Positions 11,608-24,410 of a DNA stretch of 64,000 bases are shown in pieces (positions within the stretch are counted from its first letter, which is position 1; each line of letters starts with the position of its first letter). Source of the DNA: Glaucostegus cemiculus (Eukaryota); the NCBI GenBank assembly GCA_976551045.1, contig CDPCPM010000060.1, forward strand, positions 3,410,001 to 3,474,000, in the 5' to 3' direction. The notes beneath the pieces are model-generated. The model ran no database searches, was not told the origin of the DNA, and worked only from the letters and a program-made list of their open reading frames with translations. A program made the position numbers and the translations under genes.

Positions 11608-12185
11608 ATATGGGAGTTCCTCAAAGAAGTTTTCTCAGCTCAGCTATTTTCATTTGTTCCATCCATAACCTTGCCTCATCACAAGACTAGAAATAGGGCA
11701 GTTTGCTGATGATTCCAGTATTCACCTGCCTGCACAGTTCTTCTCATAATGAAGCAGCCCATGACAAACTGCAGCATGACCAGGACATCATCCAAGCTTA
11801 GCCTGAGAAGCAGAAAGCAATATTTATGTCATAAGTGTGCTGGAAGCTGGTCATTTTCAGCAAAAGAAAAAATCCAAGCAGCACTTCCTCCACCTCAAGT
11901 GCCCTGTGCTGCAAACATATACTATCTACAGCATGCTTTGCAGCAACTTGTCAAGTTAACTCTTGATTCAAAGTCACAAACCAACCAAATATGGATATCA
12001 GCCATCTCACTTCATTGATGCTGGATCAAAATCCTGTAATCCTTCATCTAACATCGTAATGGAAGTACCTTCACCACATTGACTGCAATGAGTCAAGAAG
12101 ATGGCTCATTATTTCCTTTTCAGGACAAGTGGACAAAGACAACCAGGTGTCATGGCATGGCAGCTTCACCCACATCCCAAAAAAT
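11608..12185 (+). mobile_element. Old CR1-clade LINE (second family): RT motifs plus 3' end, internally deleted
   Basis: ggagttcctcaaaga (GVPQ), cagtttgctgatgat (FADD), 3' part gctggatcaaaatcctgtaat...cacccacatccca; homologous to 23580-23760 and 23985-24410. Confidence 0.75.
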
Positions 12186-12199
12186 AGATCAGTATTGGA

Positions 12200-12380
12200 A
12201 CCACATTCGCATAAAAGGCTAAGTCCCAAGGGGCTTTCCAAATAAACATTATAAAATAAGTTCTGAACAAGGAAAGAAGATTAGAGTGGTGATTCAGAAC
12301 TAGTCAAACAAATGATTTACAAAGACCTCTGGAGATAGACGTACAGCTATGGAAAGGTTTATGTTGGGACGGAGTAGGGA
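12200..12380 (-). mobile_element. L2-like LINE 3' end remnant
   Basis: gtcccaaggggctttcc...gattagagtggtgattcagaactagtcaaa resembles reverse-strand shark L2 tail. Confidence 0.45.
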
Positions 12381-12384
12381 AGGC

Positions 12385-12475
12385 AAATAAAGGAAATTTG
12401 AAATGAAAATAGAGATGCTGGAAGAACTCAGCTAGTCAAGCAGATTCTGTGGAAAGAGAAACCAGTCAGTGTTTG
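12385..12475 (-). mobile_element. Penelope-like terminal fragment
   Basis: atgctggaagaactcagctagtcaagcagattctgtggaaagagaaa is the reverse complement of the termini at 13075-13135, 52050-52120 and 60805-60862. Confidence 0.7.
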
Positions 12476-12879
12476 GCTCTGCTATAAATAGTGGCTGAGG
12501 GAGAGCAAGGTGTTGTCTGACAGGAGATGAAGAGCTATATGAAATTGTAAAAGTAAATGGGCACAGCCTTGAGGGTAAACATTTGGAACCATTCTAGTTC
12601 ATTTGAAGACAGGGGAATGGGTGAGCAAGCTTGGTAGAAGTGGTTTGGTCAAGTTGGGGAGTGTATGGAGGGTGGGGAATGGCAAGTTTATAGAGCCGTG
12701 AACATCTAAGATGATCAAATGTGCATGTGTGTCACAGTGGGAGAATGGCTGAGCTACCATGGAGTGACATTAAGTAAATAGTCCTAATAATGCATAGAGT
12801 ACAAAATATAAATTTCATCTTAAAGCTAAAAAGGCAGCAAGATTGGTAGAGAGTTAGATCACCTTGCGATCATTTACCA

Positions 12880-13137
12880 CCCACTGTCTTCCAACTTCAC
12901 CCCTTCCCTTCCCCTACTTGACTCCATCTGCCCATCATCCCCCTTTTCAACTGGTTCCACCTATTGCCTGTCAATCCCTGCCTCACCCCTCTCTTCTCTC
13001 CTCTTTATACTGGTTATCTCCCCTCTACGCTCCCAGTCGTGATGCAGGGTGTTGACGCAAAATGTCGACCATCCTTCTGCCACCACAGATGCTGCCTGGC
13101 CCACTGAGTTTCTCCAGCAGTTTGTTTTTTGCTCCTT
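12880..13137 (+). mobile_element. Penelope-like 3' terminus (pyrimidine-rich UTR, decayed hammerhead region, cacagatgctgcct tail)
   Basis: cagtcgtgatgcagggtgttgacgcaaaatgtcgac...cacagatgctgcctggcccactgagtttctccagcag. Confidence 0.8.
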
Positions 13138-13344
13138 GAGATGGTCCCCGAGGAGGGTATTGGAGTATTTTGCAAGAGAAGTAAATCATGAGGCTGATAA
13201 TGATGCTTTTAAATGACACCATATTAAATTTGTTGATGTTGAGTCTTTTTTAGGTCTCAGTTTTGAATAAGTAGCTTGACACAATGGAGCAGTATTGGGC
13301 TCTTGATTGTAATCACGGTACGTGGAAACATAAAGATAGCATGG

Positions 13345-14290
13345 TTGTAGAATTACTGTATATCACAGGCCTTTGTATATTTGGGGAGAATTAAATATCA
13401 TTGAATTTCTGTATATCAGAGGAAATGTGAATGCAGCATATTCTGTATGAAATGTATATTTGATAGGTTCTGGTATATAAGGAATGCTGTTTCTTTCAGA
13501 AATATTATTGAGATAACAATATATATATATCAAAGAGTATGCTTTATCACACATATCATGAAAGATTGCTATATTTTGCAGGGATTGCTTCACAGAAATC
13601 AGAATGTTTTAGATCAAGAGATTGCTGTGTATTAAAGAGAATATTATGTGCCAGAGAAACTCATCGATATTAGATGGAATGCTGAATATTGTGAACAAAT
13701 AATGCATTTCAGATAATGTCATATAATAGAAACGTTACTGTATATCACAAAGAATACTAAGTGTTCAAGGAACTGGTGCATTTTAGAGAATGCTGCATAT
13801 CAAAAAAAATGCTCTTTATCGAAGGGACTTTGTCCCTTAGATTTTGCTTGCTGCAAAAACTACACAAAGTACTCTATTTCACTGAATCACTGATTATGCG
13901 ATTCTACAAATTTTCACTATATTCCATCTACTTGTTTGTATATTACAGATATCAATGCATAATGCAGAGATCAGTATACCAGAAACAATGTATTACATTA
14001 GATTGCTTGTTATATATTAATAGAAGTTCTATACAGGAGGTATAACAGTATTTCACAGGGAACACTCTAGGGTAAAGAACATAAACTGGAGAGGATGCTG
14101 TGTGTCAGAGAGGTTGTATGTAAGAGCAACTACTCTATATAAGACACATACTAGAGAGAAATTCCAATGATTGGAGGAGCCATATATCACTAGGATTTCA
14201 GTACATTTGAGAAATTATTTTACTCCTACAGAAAAGTTTAACTTTTTAGAAGGCAATATTGTTAGGCCAGAGAAATTTCTACCAGAAGCA
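13345..14290. repeat. Degenerate ~18-nt minisatellite, segment 3 (AGAGAATGCTGTATATC-like)
   Basis: gaattactgtatatc, gaatttctgtatatc, gagattgctgtgtatt, gttactgtatatc, agagaatgctgcatatc, gaggatgctgtgtgtc. Confidence 0.7.
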
Positions 14291-16049
14291 CAGTGAAAAT
14301 GTTTGGAGCTACCTCTTGCAGGAATCGTGGAGTGGAGTTCTTGATGTTGCTATTGATGAAGTTTGAGGTAGGCTGCACTATCAATCCTGCAGGTCTGGTG
14401 AGAGAATAGAGATCCAGTCACAACCTGACACTGTATATCCCAGGAGAGTCGTGAGGTTTTTCCACAACAGTGATTCAATGTACAACCTGATGCATTTTTG
14501 CCACCATACACTTCTGCAATCATTTTCAATCACTTTTCCTAGCTGGTGAACATACTTGTACGCAGAGCAGAGTGCCATATTGCTTTTAATCAGTTTATTT
14601 TGAATTGCCTGTATCATGTAAATGTTAAATACAGTTTTAATTTCATTATTTCTGCAATATTGGTTACCACAGGGTACATTTTTTAGTTAAATAGCTCTCT
14701 GATGACGAATTACAACTGAATCAAAGCCATATCAAGGGTAGCTTAGTCTTTCCCCTCCTCTGAACTCTTCTCATTTCCCAACTGAGTTAAATGGAATCTA
14801 ACTGCAGTGCAGGGAATGGTCAGAGGCTGCTAGATTTTCATGGGCTTGGGGTTACTATTGGACCACTTCCCTCCTGCTCTCGGCTGAACGTCAGGTGGCA
14901 GCATGTTGATGAGGGCCCATGTTTAAGATTACCATGAGCTTATTATGCCAGAGGCAGGAAAAAATCCAAAAGAAACCAACAGGTTCTTACCAGAAGCGTG
15001 TTGCCCATGAAGAATGCCTGTTCTAAAAAAAGTGCAAAACACTGTTGCAATTTCAAATAATCACACAATGTTTTGTTCATTCTTTTCTATCAAATAATGC
15101 TTCTGCCTATCATGTGATAGTATAGCCATGTGTATTTTTTACATCATATGAGGTTGCAATATACTTCTTGACAGTTTTGAGATCTTTATATGTAAAACCA
15201 ATTGCAGTTAACATGAGCTTTTGAAAAGACCTGAGCCAGCAGAGGGAGTTGAGGGCTGTCACTCGTTCTTGGGGGTTCAAGTAATGTTTATAAACCACTC
15301 TTGTTAATGTAGTTTTGCCTTAAGGCAACATCTGAACTCAATTGTATTCCAGCATTAGATCTCTTTTAGGTGTTTATAGAAAATACACGCTGATAACATT
15401 AGTTGCTAGAAACCAGCTCTTAGTTGACGGCTAATAAATTTCAGTGCTTGTGTCTTAAATGCTGCAGTGCCAGAATGTGAGGATTACCTTGTTATGATAA
15501 AATGTTTTTCTCCGAGAGCATGGCATGATCTGTTGATTATGCAATCAGTGCAGAGGATGATATTTCAGCTCCCAGCATTGTGCAAAAGCTGAAATCTAGA
15601 ATGCTCATATTAGAGAATAATCTCAAATCACTGTTGGTGTTCAGGGGTACTAGACATTGGCAAACCAGATTGGAAGTGTACTATGCATATTGAATGTGGA
15701 TTAGGTCTCAGGGCTGATTATTTAGGTCCAATACTTGATGCTATGGACATCAGTATTGCATGATGACCTCAGTATCGTCATCAACTGTAAAAATCATCCT
15801 GATCCTGATCTGTCATGATGTGTACTGGTAGGATATATTAAAACACAACTCATGAATAAAAAAGGCTTCATGGTTGTCATCTAACAAGTATCACTCTTGC
15901 CATTTTGAAGCTGTGCAGTGAGTTTCCTGTCCATTGATCACTTCCAGTTATTTATAGTTCATCTTTCCCGTTACAATTTGACATATTTACTTATTTTTAT
16001 TTTATCTCATATGTGAAAGTGATTTGTTGGTGAGACAAAATCCTGGTGT

Positions 16050-16200
16050 CCAATCTGAAAGATCTTTCCCAAACACAACTCCAGATTTAACTCTGAAACT
16101 TAACCCAACTCTGCATCTAATCCTCAACCTACTGTAGACTTCAACACGAACCCAACTCAGGGCATTTAATAAATCCGAGCACAAACATAATTCCCATCCA
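16050..16200. repeat. Degenerate 6-mer (CCCTAA-like) tract
   Basis: acttaacccaactctgcatctaatcctcaacct...acgaacccaactc; minus translation VRVEV..RLRIRCRVGLSFRV is typical of decayed (TTAGGG)n. Confidence 0.5.
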
Positions 16201-18961
16201 ATTTCTTCTATCCTAGCCTAGGAAGTTATTTCGGGACAGAATCCAAAACTCTCAGGAGAAACTGCAAAAGCAGGAGGCAATAACAATGCATTGGAATGGT
16301 CAAACAATTAATTCAGAAAGAGTTGGTTACAATCGTAGAGGCTTACCAGGATTATGCACTAGGAAACCTGTAGAAGCTGGTGCCATAAAGTTTCTTTGTT
16401 TTGTGGCATTCAGTTGTCCATTCAAAAGGCCGCATTTGAATTTTCATGAGAATATGAAGAACCAGTGTAATATGCACCAGTGGGCAAAGCATAAGATCAG
16501 TCAGCCTCGGGAAGTCAACAACAGTTGTATGAATTCTTGGAGATTAATTACATGATCTCCCACCCTCACCCACCTGCCCCATCAATCATCCTTTTATTTC
16601 GATATATCCAACATTCTTACAGCTAAGCTATCAAAGAAAAAAAAATCAGTTTTCCTTTTTAATACATCTATGAATTAACTTGAAGATTTTGTGCAGAATC
16701 CAGGAAGTTTACCTATAATTCCTTGAAACTCCAGGTCAATTGCAGGAAGCCCCAAACCTACTTTCAATTCCCCAGATTAAGGCCAACCATTGAATGTCTA
16801 TCATCTGCTTGGCTGAGATCAGGCAGGTCAACATATAGCAGAACTCTGTGAACGTAATAGAATATATCATTCAAGTTCACATTGTATTTATGACCCAGCC
16901 TTCTGAACAAGTTGCTTACCAAATGATGTGAAGTAAGGATTCTGGAGCAAGTCTATTCAGAACGGAGGTGCCAATGGTTTTTAAGAAGAATAAACTGTAA
17001 TTGAATGCTGTTATTAAACAGTACTGCAATGCTGAGTATTCCACGACTGGAACTAGTCAGCAAAATAAAAGATCTCTCGAGTATTAAGGGTAAAACTGCC
17101 TTCGCACCCAGCAGGAGGGCTACATTAAATTAGTACATATTGTATAGTTGCCTCCCTCTCAATTAACACAATCAGTATTATTTAATTTGGCGTTCTTTCT
17201 GTCTTTAAATGTATGTAATTGATTTTGATTTTTCTTGAAAGCAGTAGAGTAATTTGCTTGTGTACGTGCTTTATTTCTTGCTTTTTGTGGTTTGATTTAT
17301 TTCTAAAAGGGGTCACTGCTACATTCATTCAGACAGGAACTTTGTGTCTATCTAGGCTGGTGTCTGCCCTGACACTTGTCCAAGATGAACAAAATGCTAG
17401 ACTTTGATATAAATGCCAATGGCTTCATAAGGTTGGGTCAGAGCTGACTTTGAAGTGGAATCCTTTTATAAAGACTGACTATGGTATCCTTTGTCGTGAC
17501 TACCTAAGGCTTTTATTGCCTTTATTAGAAAGTGATTTTAACATAAAATGTGAATGCAGTGCCCCAATTTCTTAAGGTTTAAAACATTTCATACAGTTGT
17601 TTTCAAGTCTGTGGTCTTTTCACAGAGGAGAGGGAAGTCATTATAACTGATCAACTTTTTTACATTTAAAAATATATAGTGAAAGAACACGTTGATAACA
17701 TGGATCAATTTTTAATCCAGATAGACACTGGCTCAAATTCATCATTAACCTCCAATTGGTCAATGGAAAACCCCTGTCTGGCTACCCTTACTTGGTACTA
17801 TCTCACTCTCCTCTCCCCCATTCTCTCCTCTGCACACCACTCCCATCAACCCCTCCTCCCACTCTGCAGACTAGCCTATGTTTAGTAATGTTCTCCCAAT
17901 GGCATGACTGAGTTTGCAATCGTTAGTAATCCTGGCTACAAACCAATTTATATCACTCCTTGGCACAATTCACTGGAATGCCAATGTATTTCCTGATTTT
18001 GAAAAAAACTACAGCTGCATGGACCTACCTCCCATTGATTTAACAGGAGGTGAAATGTATATATACAGTTTTATAGAGTGCAGATTTTGTCTTCTGAAAT
18101 CTGTTCTTTAAAGATATGGGTGCTCTGCTACCATGATACTTCCTTGATTTGAGGTCAATGATGCTGCTGACAGTACTATCAGGATGGGTAAGTGTATATG
18201 GCTTTTAAACAGAAATGAATGATTTGACATTAGGATAAGGCTCGTTAAGGCTATTTTGTCATTTACTGAGACCAGCAACACTGACCTGTTTCTGTCAATA
18301 GCAAAAATGAGCTCTTCATCAACACTACAGGAAACATAAGGAAGTTGTTCCATTGTGGGACAGGTAGCTGGCAAGCACCAATATTTGTACAGCACTGCAG
18401 CACATACTTTGCATTGTTATAAAACATGCTGAAAGCTGGCTACTGTCACTAAATGAGCTGACCTTTTGATCTGTGCAATACTTGCCACATGTGGAAATGA
18501 ATGCTAAATAACATTAGGCATTTCTAGTTTCTTTAGAGTGAAAAGAAAGATTGTTTCTTTATCTGGGTTAAAGGACCATATTTTGGCATATTGAACCTGT
18601 CCTCTAACACTTATTCATCCCAAGTAATTATTGCTTTTTGTCAATTTTACAGACGTTAGATATTTTTATGCTATCTTCCATACAAATGGAGCCTAATAAG
18701 AAAGTAATTCTCATTTGGAGATAAAATTGGTGAGAAATCTTTCTGAAAATGGACACAGGACAAAAACAACAATACATGTGAACACCTAGCAATAAGTTCC
18801 AAAAAGCAAGCTATAGCATACTATATGATTATTGTAACAACTAACACAACTAGTTTGTGTAGCCTCTCATTATCTTGACCATTTCAAGCTCTTTACACAC
18901 TAAATTCACTCTTGAAGCCCAGTGACTATTTTATGCAGGCAAACATAAATGCATCACTTTA

Positions 18962-19298
18962 CAGACTATTCCCGGGTAACGAATGGGTTTTGTTTTTAAT
19001 GACATCCATAAGTCGATTTTGTCTCTATGTCAGAATATTCACAAAGATCACTTAGTATGGTAAGCATACCTCCACAGTATTGTAGTATTGTAATGAACAG
19101 CATCAAAAGCACATAGGAATGATAGGAAAGAAAATTATGAGGTGGATAGACAGAGGAAACTAGTTCTGCCATTCACAGGAACAAACATATGTATATGTAT
19201 GTATGTATGTTGGACTTCTGAATTTAATAATATTATGGGAGCGTGTTAGTACCTAGGGGTGTCCATAGATCAGGGGTTCTTAACCCAGGGACAGTCTG
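18962..19298. mobile_element. Tc1/mariner (Tigger-like) MITE, 337 bp, TA target duplication
   Basis: TA|CAGACTATTCCCGGGTAACGAA ... TTCTTAACCCAGGGACAGTCTG|TA; TIRs match at 17 of 22 positions; internal (TATG)n. Confidence 0.85.
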
Positions 19299-19503
19299 TA
19301 TTCATTTTTTCTGGATCTGAATATCATTGGCAAGGTATGCCCATCTGCAATTGCCCCAAAGAAGGCACTCATGTGCTGCCTTGTTGAACCACAGCAGATC
19401 TTCTGGTGAAGGTACTCCCATAGTGCTTTGGATAGGAGTTGCAGGATTTAGACCCAGTAATGATGAAGGACCAGTGATATCTTCCCAGATCAGATTGGTG
19501 TGG
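19299..19503 (-). mobile_element. 3' end of the second CR1-clade family
   Basis: ggtgaaggtactcccatagtgct...gagttgcaggatttagacccag, homologous to 24080-24170. Confidence 0.8.
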
Positions 19504-22139
19504 TAACAAAAGAAGTTTTGCAATATAAAATTGCTAGGATATCGTTGGAATAAAATTAAATAGTAGAATCTGCTCATAGTTTTGAATAATGCCCACAAAA
19601 AAGCTATGAAATAATAATTTGTAATTGCTTACTTGGAATTAAAAATTTCAACTGAATGCACACTTTTCTGATTCTAATTCAGTACTGGAAGTTATATTGA
19701 AGCATTTTATTGCCAATCTGCACAATGAAAATGTCACAGTTTAAAAAGTCTGCATAGGCTGTTCTGAGTCATTGGTTTAAGTGAGTTTGAACCCTTCAAT
19801 CAAAACTCAAACAGAAAGATCCATAGAGCTTCTACAGTTCAATACCTTTTCTTTGCTTTTAAGTTGTGTTTCTGTTTTGTTCCTTTCAAGCCTTCTGCAG
19901 TATGGCCTGCTGCAGGGTGTCTGATCGAAGGTGTTATCTATATGACAGCAGGGCAGAATTTGTTCAGTCATTCAGGGTCGGTGGGAGTGGTTATCTCTGT
20001 TTGTCTTCCTGCTTGTTTTGTCACATCTAGGCATCAAGGTCACTACAGTGCTTTTTCTCTCCCCCAGCTCCCCTCCCACTTCCATGCCCTGCCCCCTGCC
20101 ATCCCTGAAAGCTTTTAGATTTTTCTCTGAACTTTAAACTTGGCCTTTTTTTAAAGCTTTTTATAATGCTTCCATCTACAATTGTTTGCTCAACTTTACT
20201 AAGGCTGGTTTGTTACCATCAGACAAGCTGACTCTCACTCGATATGTGTTAGGCAGCATAATTAATGATTTGGATCAATTTGCCGTGACCTTAAGAGCCA
20301 TGGCCTTTGTTTAATTTGTGACACAGAAATGGGTTAATGAGACAGCTAATGAGATTCAGACACTTTGTAGAGATGTATAATGATTGTCATGTTAATATTG
20401 AAACAAATCACTGATAAATATGTATTGTACTCATATTCATGCACATGCGCAGCAGAGGATGATTTTCAAAACAAGACTTGACAAATCCCCAGTACATTCT
20501 AGCTTTTGCCAGTAAATAATTGCTAGATAATAGCATCCCTTTAAGCTGTTCTGAGTAGACCACATGTCAAAACTATTAACTCAAAAGCCTTGTTTACAAA
20601 GCAGTCATGGAATTTCACTGATCCAGCTCATTCTCTTTCAATATGTACGACTTATTTTTTTACACTGCAGCTGCTGCTTGGTTGGAACAGAGGTGTGTTA
20701 GTCTTGAGAATTCTGATGTTCCACTGCAGAAAGGGCACTGATACTCCTGATTGTTTCTTGCACCTGAAGTGTTAATCATGCCATTTCTTGGTTTATCTTT
20801 AGTGTCCATTGTGCATATAGAGGGAACACCATTTTGCAATTAAATGTGTGCCAATCTGTAGACCACCAGTATCAATCAATTCCATTGCAGAATCTATGTT
20901 GTTCCTACGATGGAATCTTTGAGACACTTGTTCACAAGAAACAGAAATGAGTACTCACTCTATGGTATGGAGTGGTATCCCTTTGCTTTTTAAGCATTGA
21001 GGAGTACCCACTTGAGATAGCTGTGAGGCTGCCACTTGTATCTAGCAATTGATGGTAGCATTCCTCTGCAAAAATTCATAGTGCTGTAGGCTTATTTCTA
21101 CAGAAAAGGGAAAAGGGCCCTTCGAAAGGGAGGGAGATTTGGGGATTCATTTTTATCAGTTTTGGATGATTCAAACCTAGCTTCACTGGTTGACCAAACT
21201 GCACTCCAACAAAGATCAAAAGACAAAAAACATCCCCCCTGCATCTGATCTAGATTTCTATGAATCTCACAGGCAGTGAGACAAAACTCTAACTAATGAT
21301 GGCCAACAATCTGCTGCTGATATACAGACGGAGGCAGCTCTTACTTCCCAGTGTGTTTAATTTGAATCTAGAGTCAAAAGGTATATGGGCAATATTAGAA
21401 CCATTGCAGCAGCCATACCAACCCACCACAGTATCAGTACAGGAGCTTGTGTTATTCCTGTGACTTGGTACTTTAATCACATGTATGTAAAAATCTCTTC
21501 TCAGACATAACTTGCTTTATGAATGGCTTCCAGGCAACTGAGCAAATTAATTCTGAGTCATTTCTTTTATAAAATGTAACTACAGGTATTAGCATGATGA
21601 TGTTCAGGTCTTGCAGTGACTTGCATCATTTTTTTAATCCTCATGGCTTCATTTAAATTTTAAATACAGATAGTTTTATATTCAGGAAGAAAATTCTCTG
21701 ATTCAACCTCATGGAATATTCAGATTGATTGTCTAGTTCGTCTAACGTTTTAGGCCAAAATTGACAATTGTTTATAATTGAGTCAACAAAGTGGTTTTTG
21801 CCCTTTTAAACCAACAAAACTGCATGTTAGAATTTTCAGTGAGGATATGCGTAAAATGATTTTTTTTCTAGACTGGTTCGCTTCGCATAACCTGCTTAAC
21901 TGTCTGTAGAAGTCTTGAAAAATAACCACTTATTGATCCAGACTTTAAAATCACGATCTTCCCCTGAATAATCAATCCTCAACTGAGGTCTCAGGTTCAC
22001 CATCCTACATCTCCATCATAGTGAATTCTGAGCCCAGCATGTTGTTGAACTTTTTCCAGCCCCCTCCTAACCCTAGTCAATTTCATTGGACATGTGTATT
22101 CACCCTAGCCTGTTAATCCTCTCTCTCATTTTCAGTTGT

Positions 22140-22560
22140 CCTGATCCACCTGGACCACTCTAGATCTATTGACCCTCTCTAGATCTATTCCTCATTAACA
22201 GCTGGAATGACACCGACTCTCTCAATTTTTCCACTGGCCTTATTCACTCTAACCTACCTTCCAGTAAACCTGCAGCACCCTGCTCACCAAGGACCAACCC
22301 CAATGTTGTTATCAAATCTGCTGAGGAGGGCTTTGCTGTTGTTGTTTGATGAATTGACCTCTGTTCTTTCAGAGGCATCTCCTCATAATTTTCTCTGGAC
22401 CATGACTCCACCACTCAACATCAGGGCAGTTGCCTCTCACACAGTCACTGACCTCATTCCTCTGGAGATCTTCCCTGCACAGCCTGCACTGTCATAGTGC
22501 CCCAACCAAGCACACATTTCAAATTTCCATAATCTGCTGGTTTTGATTTTCATGATGATT
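22140..22560 (+). mobile_element. Penelope-like RT N-terminal remnant
   Basis: aaccccaatgttgttatcaaatctgctgaggagggctttgctgttgttgtt = NPNVVIKSAEEGFAVVV, matching the Penelope IKPADKGGAVVV motif; downstream actgacctcattcctctggagatcttccc. Confidence 0.72.
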
Positions 22561-22984
22561 CCTCCTGGTGTGACCCACTGAAGTAACAGCTGTCATTCAC
22601 ACCACAGAATTAATATTCAGAATTTGCTGTTACTCCTTTACTACTTGTGTGCAATAAAATTCAAAACACTGGAAAAAAACCTGCTGGCATTTGAATATGT
22701 GTATTCCGTTTCCTTATCAACATTCATACCGAATTTTATTGCAGTGATGTTTTCATAGTCAACTCATTTTATCAATCAAGAATACAGGGAAAGAAGGATT
22801 AGTTTTCATAAGAATCTTGTCACATCTCTTGGAAGTGTTTCACAGGCTTTGTGTGTGAGAAACTAAATGTGGTGGGTGTTGCTTAAAAGCTGTGGCTTTC
22901 AAAGTTAATTTCAAGTGTTGTAACTGGTCTTGCCTTGAACTGATACATGCTTGTAGTCTCCTTGACAAATTACACATTGACATA

Positions 22985-23760
22985 CCCACAACCATCTTGA
23001 TTTTCTGAAATCCCCACCATCACCAAACCAGTCTTCAGCCAGTTCAATTCACTCCATGTTATTTCATGAAATGATTGAATGCACTGGACGCAGCAAATCT
23101 ATAGCGCCAGATAACATCACGACTGAAGTCTTGCGTTCCAGCTCTGGCAAATAGTTCCAGCTACAACACTGGTATCTACCTTTCAAAGTGGAAAATGCTT
23201 TCTTATGTCCAAAAAGACAGGATGAATGCAGTCTGTGCAATTACTAACCCATCAGTCATCAGTGAAGTGATGGAAGATGCTGCTCATAGTACAATAAATT
23301 GGTACTCATCAATAACTTGGTCATCAGTGTAGAGTTTGGATTTTGCCAGGATCACTTAGCTCTAGGCATGGTTGTAGCCTTGATAAAGGGTGGAATAAAG
23401 AGGAGAGTGACTGGCTTTGACAGCAAGGCAACACTTAATAGATTAAGGCATCAAGGAGCCATAGTGGAATTGAAGTCAGTGAGAATCAGAAGGAAAATTC
23501 TCCACTGGTTAGAGCCATATATAACAGATGGGAATGTTTGTGGTTGTTGGAGGTTAGTCATCTTAGCTAAGATTCAGTAACAGTTCCTAAGGACAGCATA
23601 CTGGTCCAAGCCATCTTCAGCTGATTCATTGATGGCCTTCTTTCCATCCTAAATTCAGAAGTGGGATGTTTGCTGATAATAGTATAGTGTTCACTTCCAC
23701 TTACAACTTCTGATACTATTGTGATACATACCCTCATGCAATAAGACTAGTATAGCATTC
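22985..23760 (+). mobile_element. Old CR1-clade LINE RT region, many stops and frameshifts
   Basis: ccagataacatc (PDNI), aattactaacccatcagt (NY.PIS), ORF 23299 FGFCQDH...FDSKATLNRLRHQG...LHWLEPY, gttcctaaggacagc, atgtttgctgataat. Confidence 0.85.
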
Positions 23761-23984
23761 TTACTTACATGTGACTTTATGACTCTATAAGTTATTAGCT
23801 AAGGATGTCAAAACATACAAGGGTGTCTGCAAGGGTAAGGTACACCTTTATCAAACTGCTTTGGATATAACATTTTCACAAGACATAGCAATGGATGCTA
23901 TAGCAGGGTGAAGTCAAGCTTCCTGCTGTCAAACTAATGAAATCCAAGAGTTCTTGATTAATCTCAATTGCTGATTTCTTTTAA

Positions 23985-24410
23985 TGTTTTCCCTCTTTGG
24001 GATGCTGGTGTTGCTGGCAAGACCAGTATTTATTGCCTGTCTGTGGTGGTGAGCCATCTAGAACAGCTTGAGTCTTTCTGTAAAGATACTCCCAGTTTAC
24101 TGTTGGGTAGGGAGTTCCATGATTTGGACCAACAACATTAAAAGAATGGCAATGTATTTCCAAGTCAGGATAATGTGCAACTTGGGGGGTATATGCAGGT
24201 TGTGGTGTTCCCATGCACATGGCCCCAGTGTCTTTCTTCGTGAAGTCACAAGTTTTGGAGGTGCTATCAGAGCAGCCTGGGGAAGCAACTACAATGCATT
24301 TTGTACATGGTACACACTGCAATGATGGTGTGCCAGTGATGGAGAAAATAAATGTTTAGGGCCCTGAATAAGGTACCAATCAAATGGGCCACTTTGTCCT
24401 GAGTGAGGGA
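23985..24410 (-). mobile_element. 3' end of the second CR1-clade family
   Basis: ORFs 23981-24322 and 24097-24288 (HIPPKLHIILTWKYIA); gggatgctggtgttgctggcaagaccagtatttattgcc terminus. Confidence 0.82.

Noticed and set aside
13345-14290. Possible CRISPR-like array
   Set aside because: Eukaryotic context, highly degenerate adjacent units without unique spacers, no cas genes
14322-14367. 46-nt AG/GT-bounded candidate exon
   Set aside because: Short pyrimidine tract, not frame-preserving, peptide unrecognised; expected by chance
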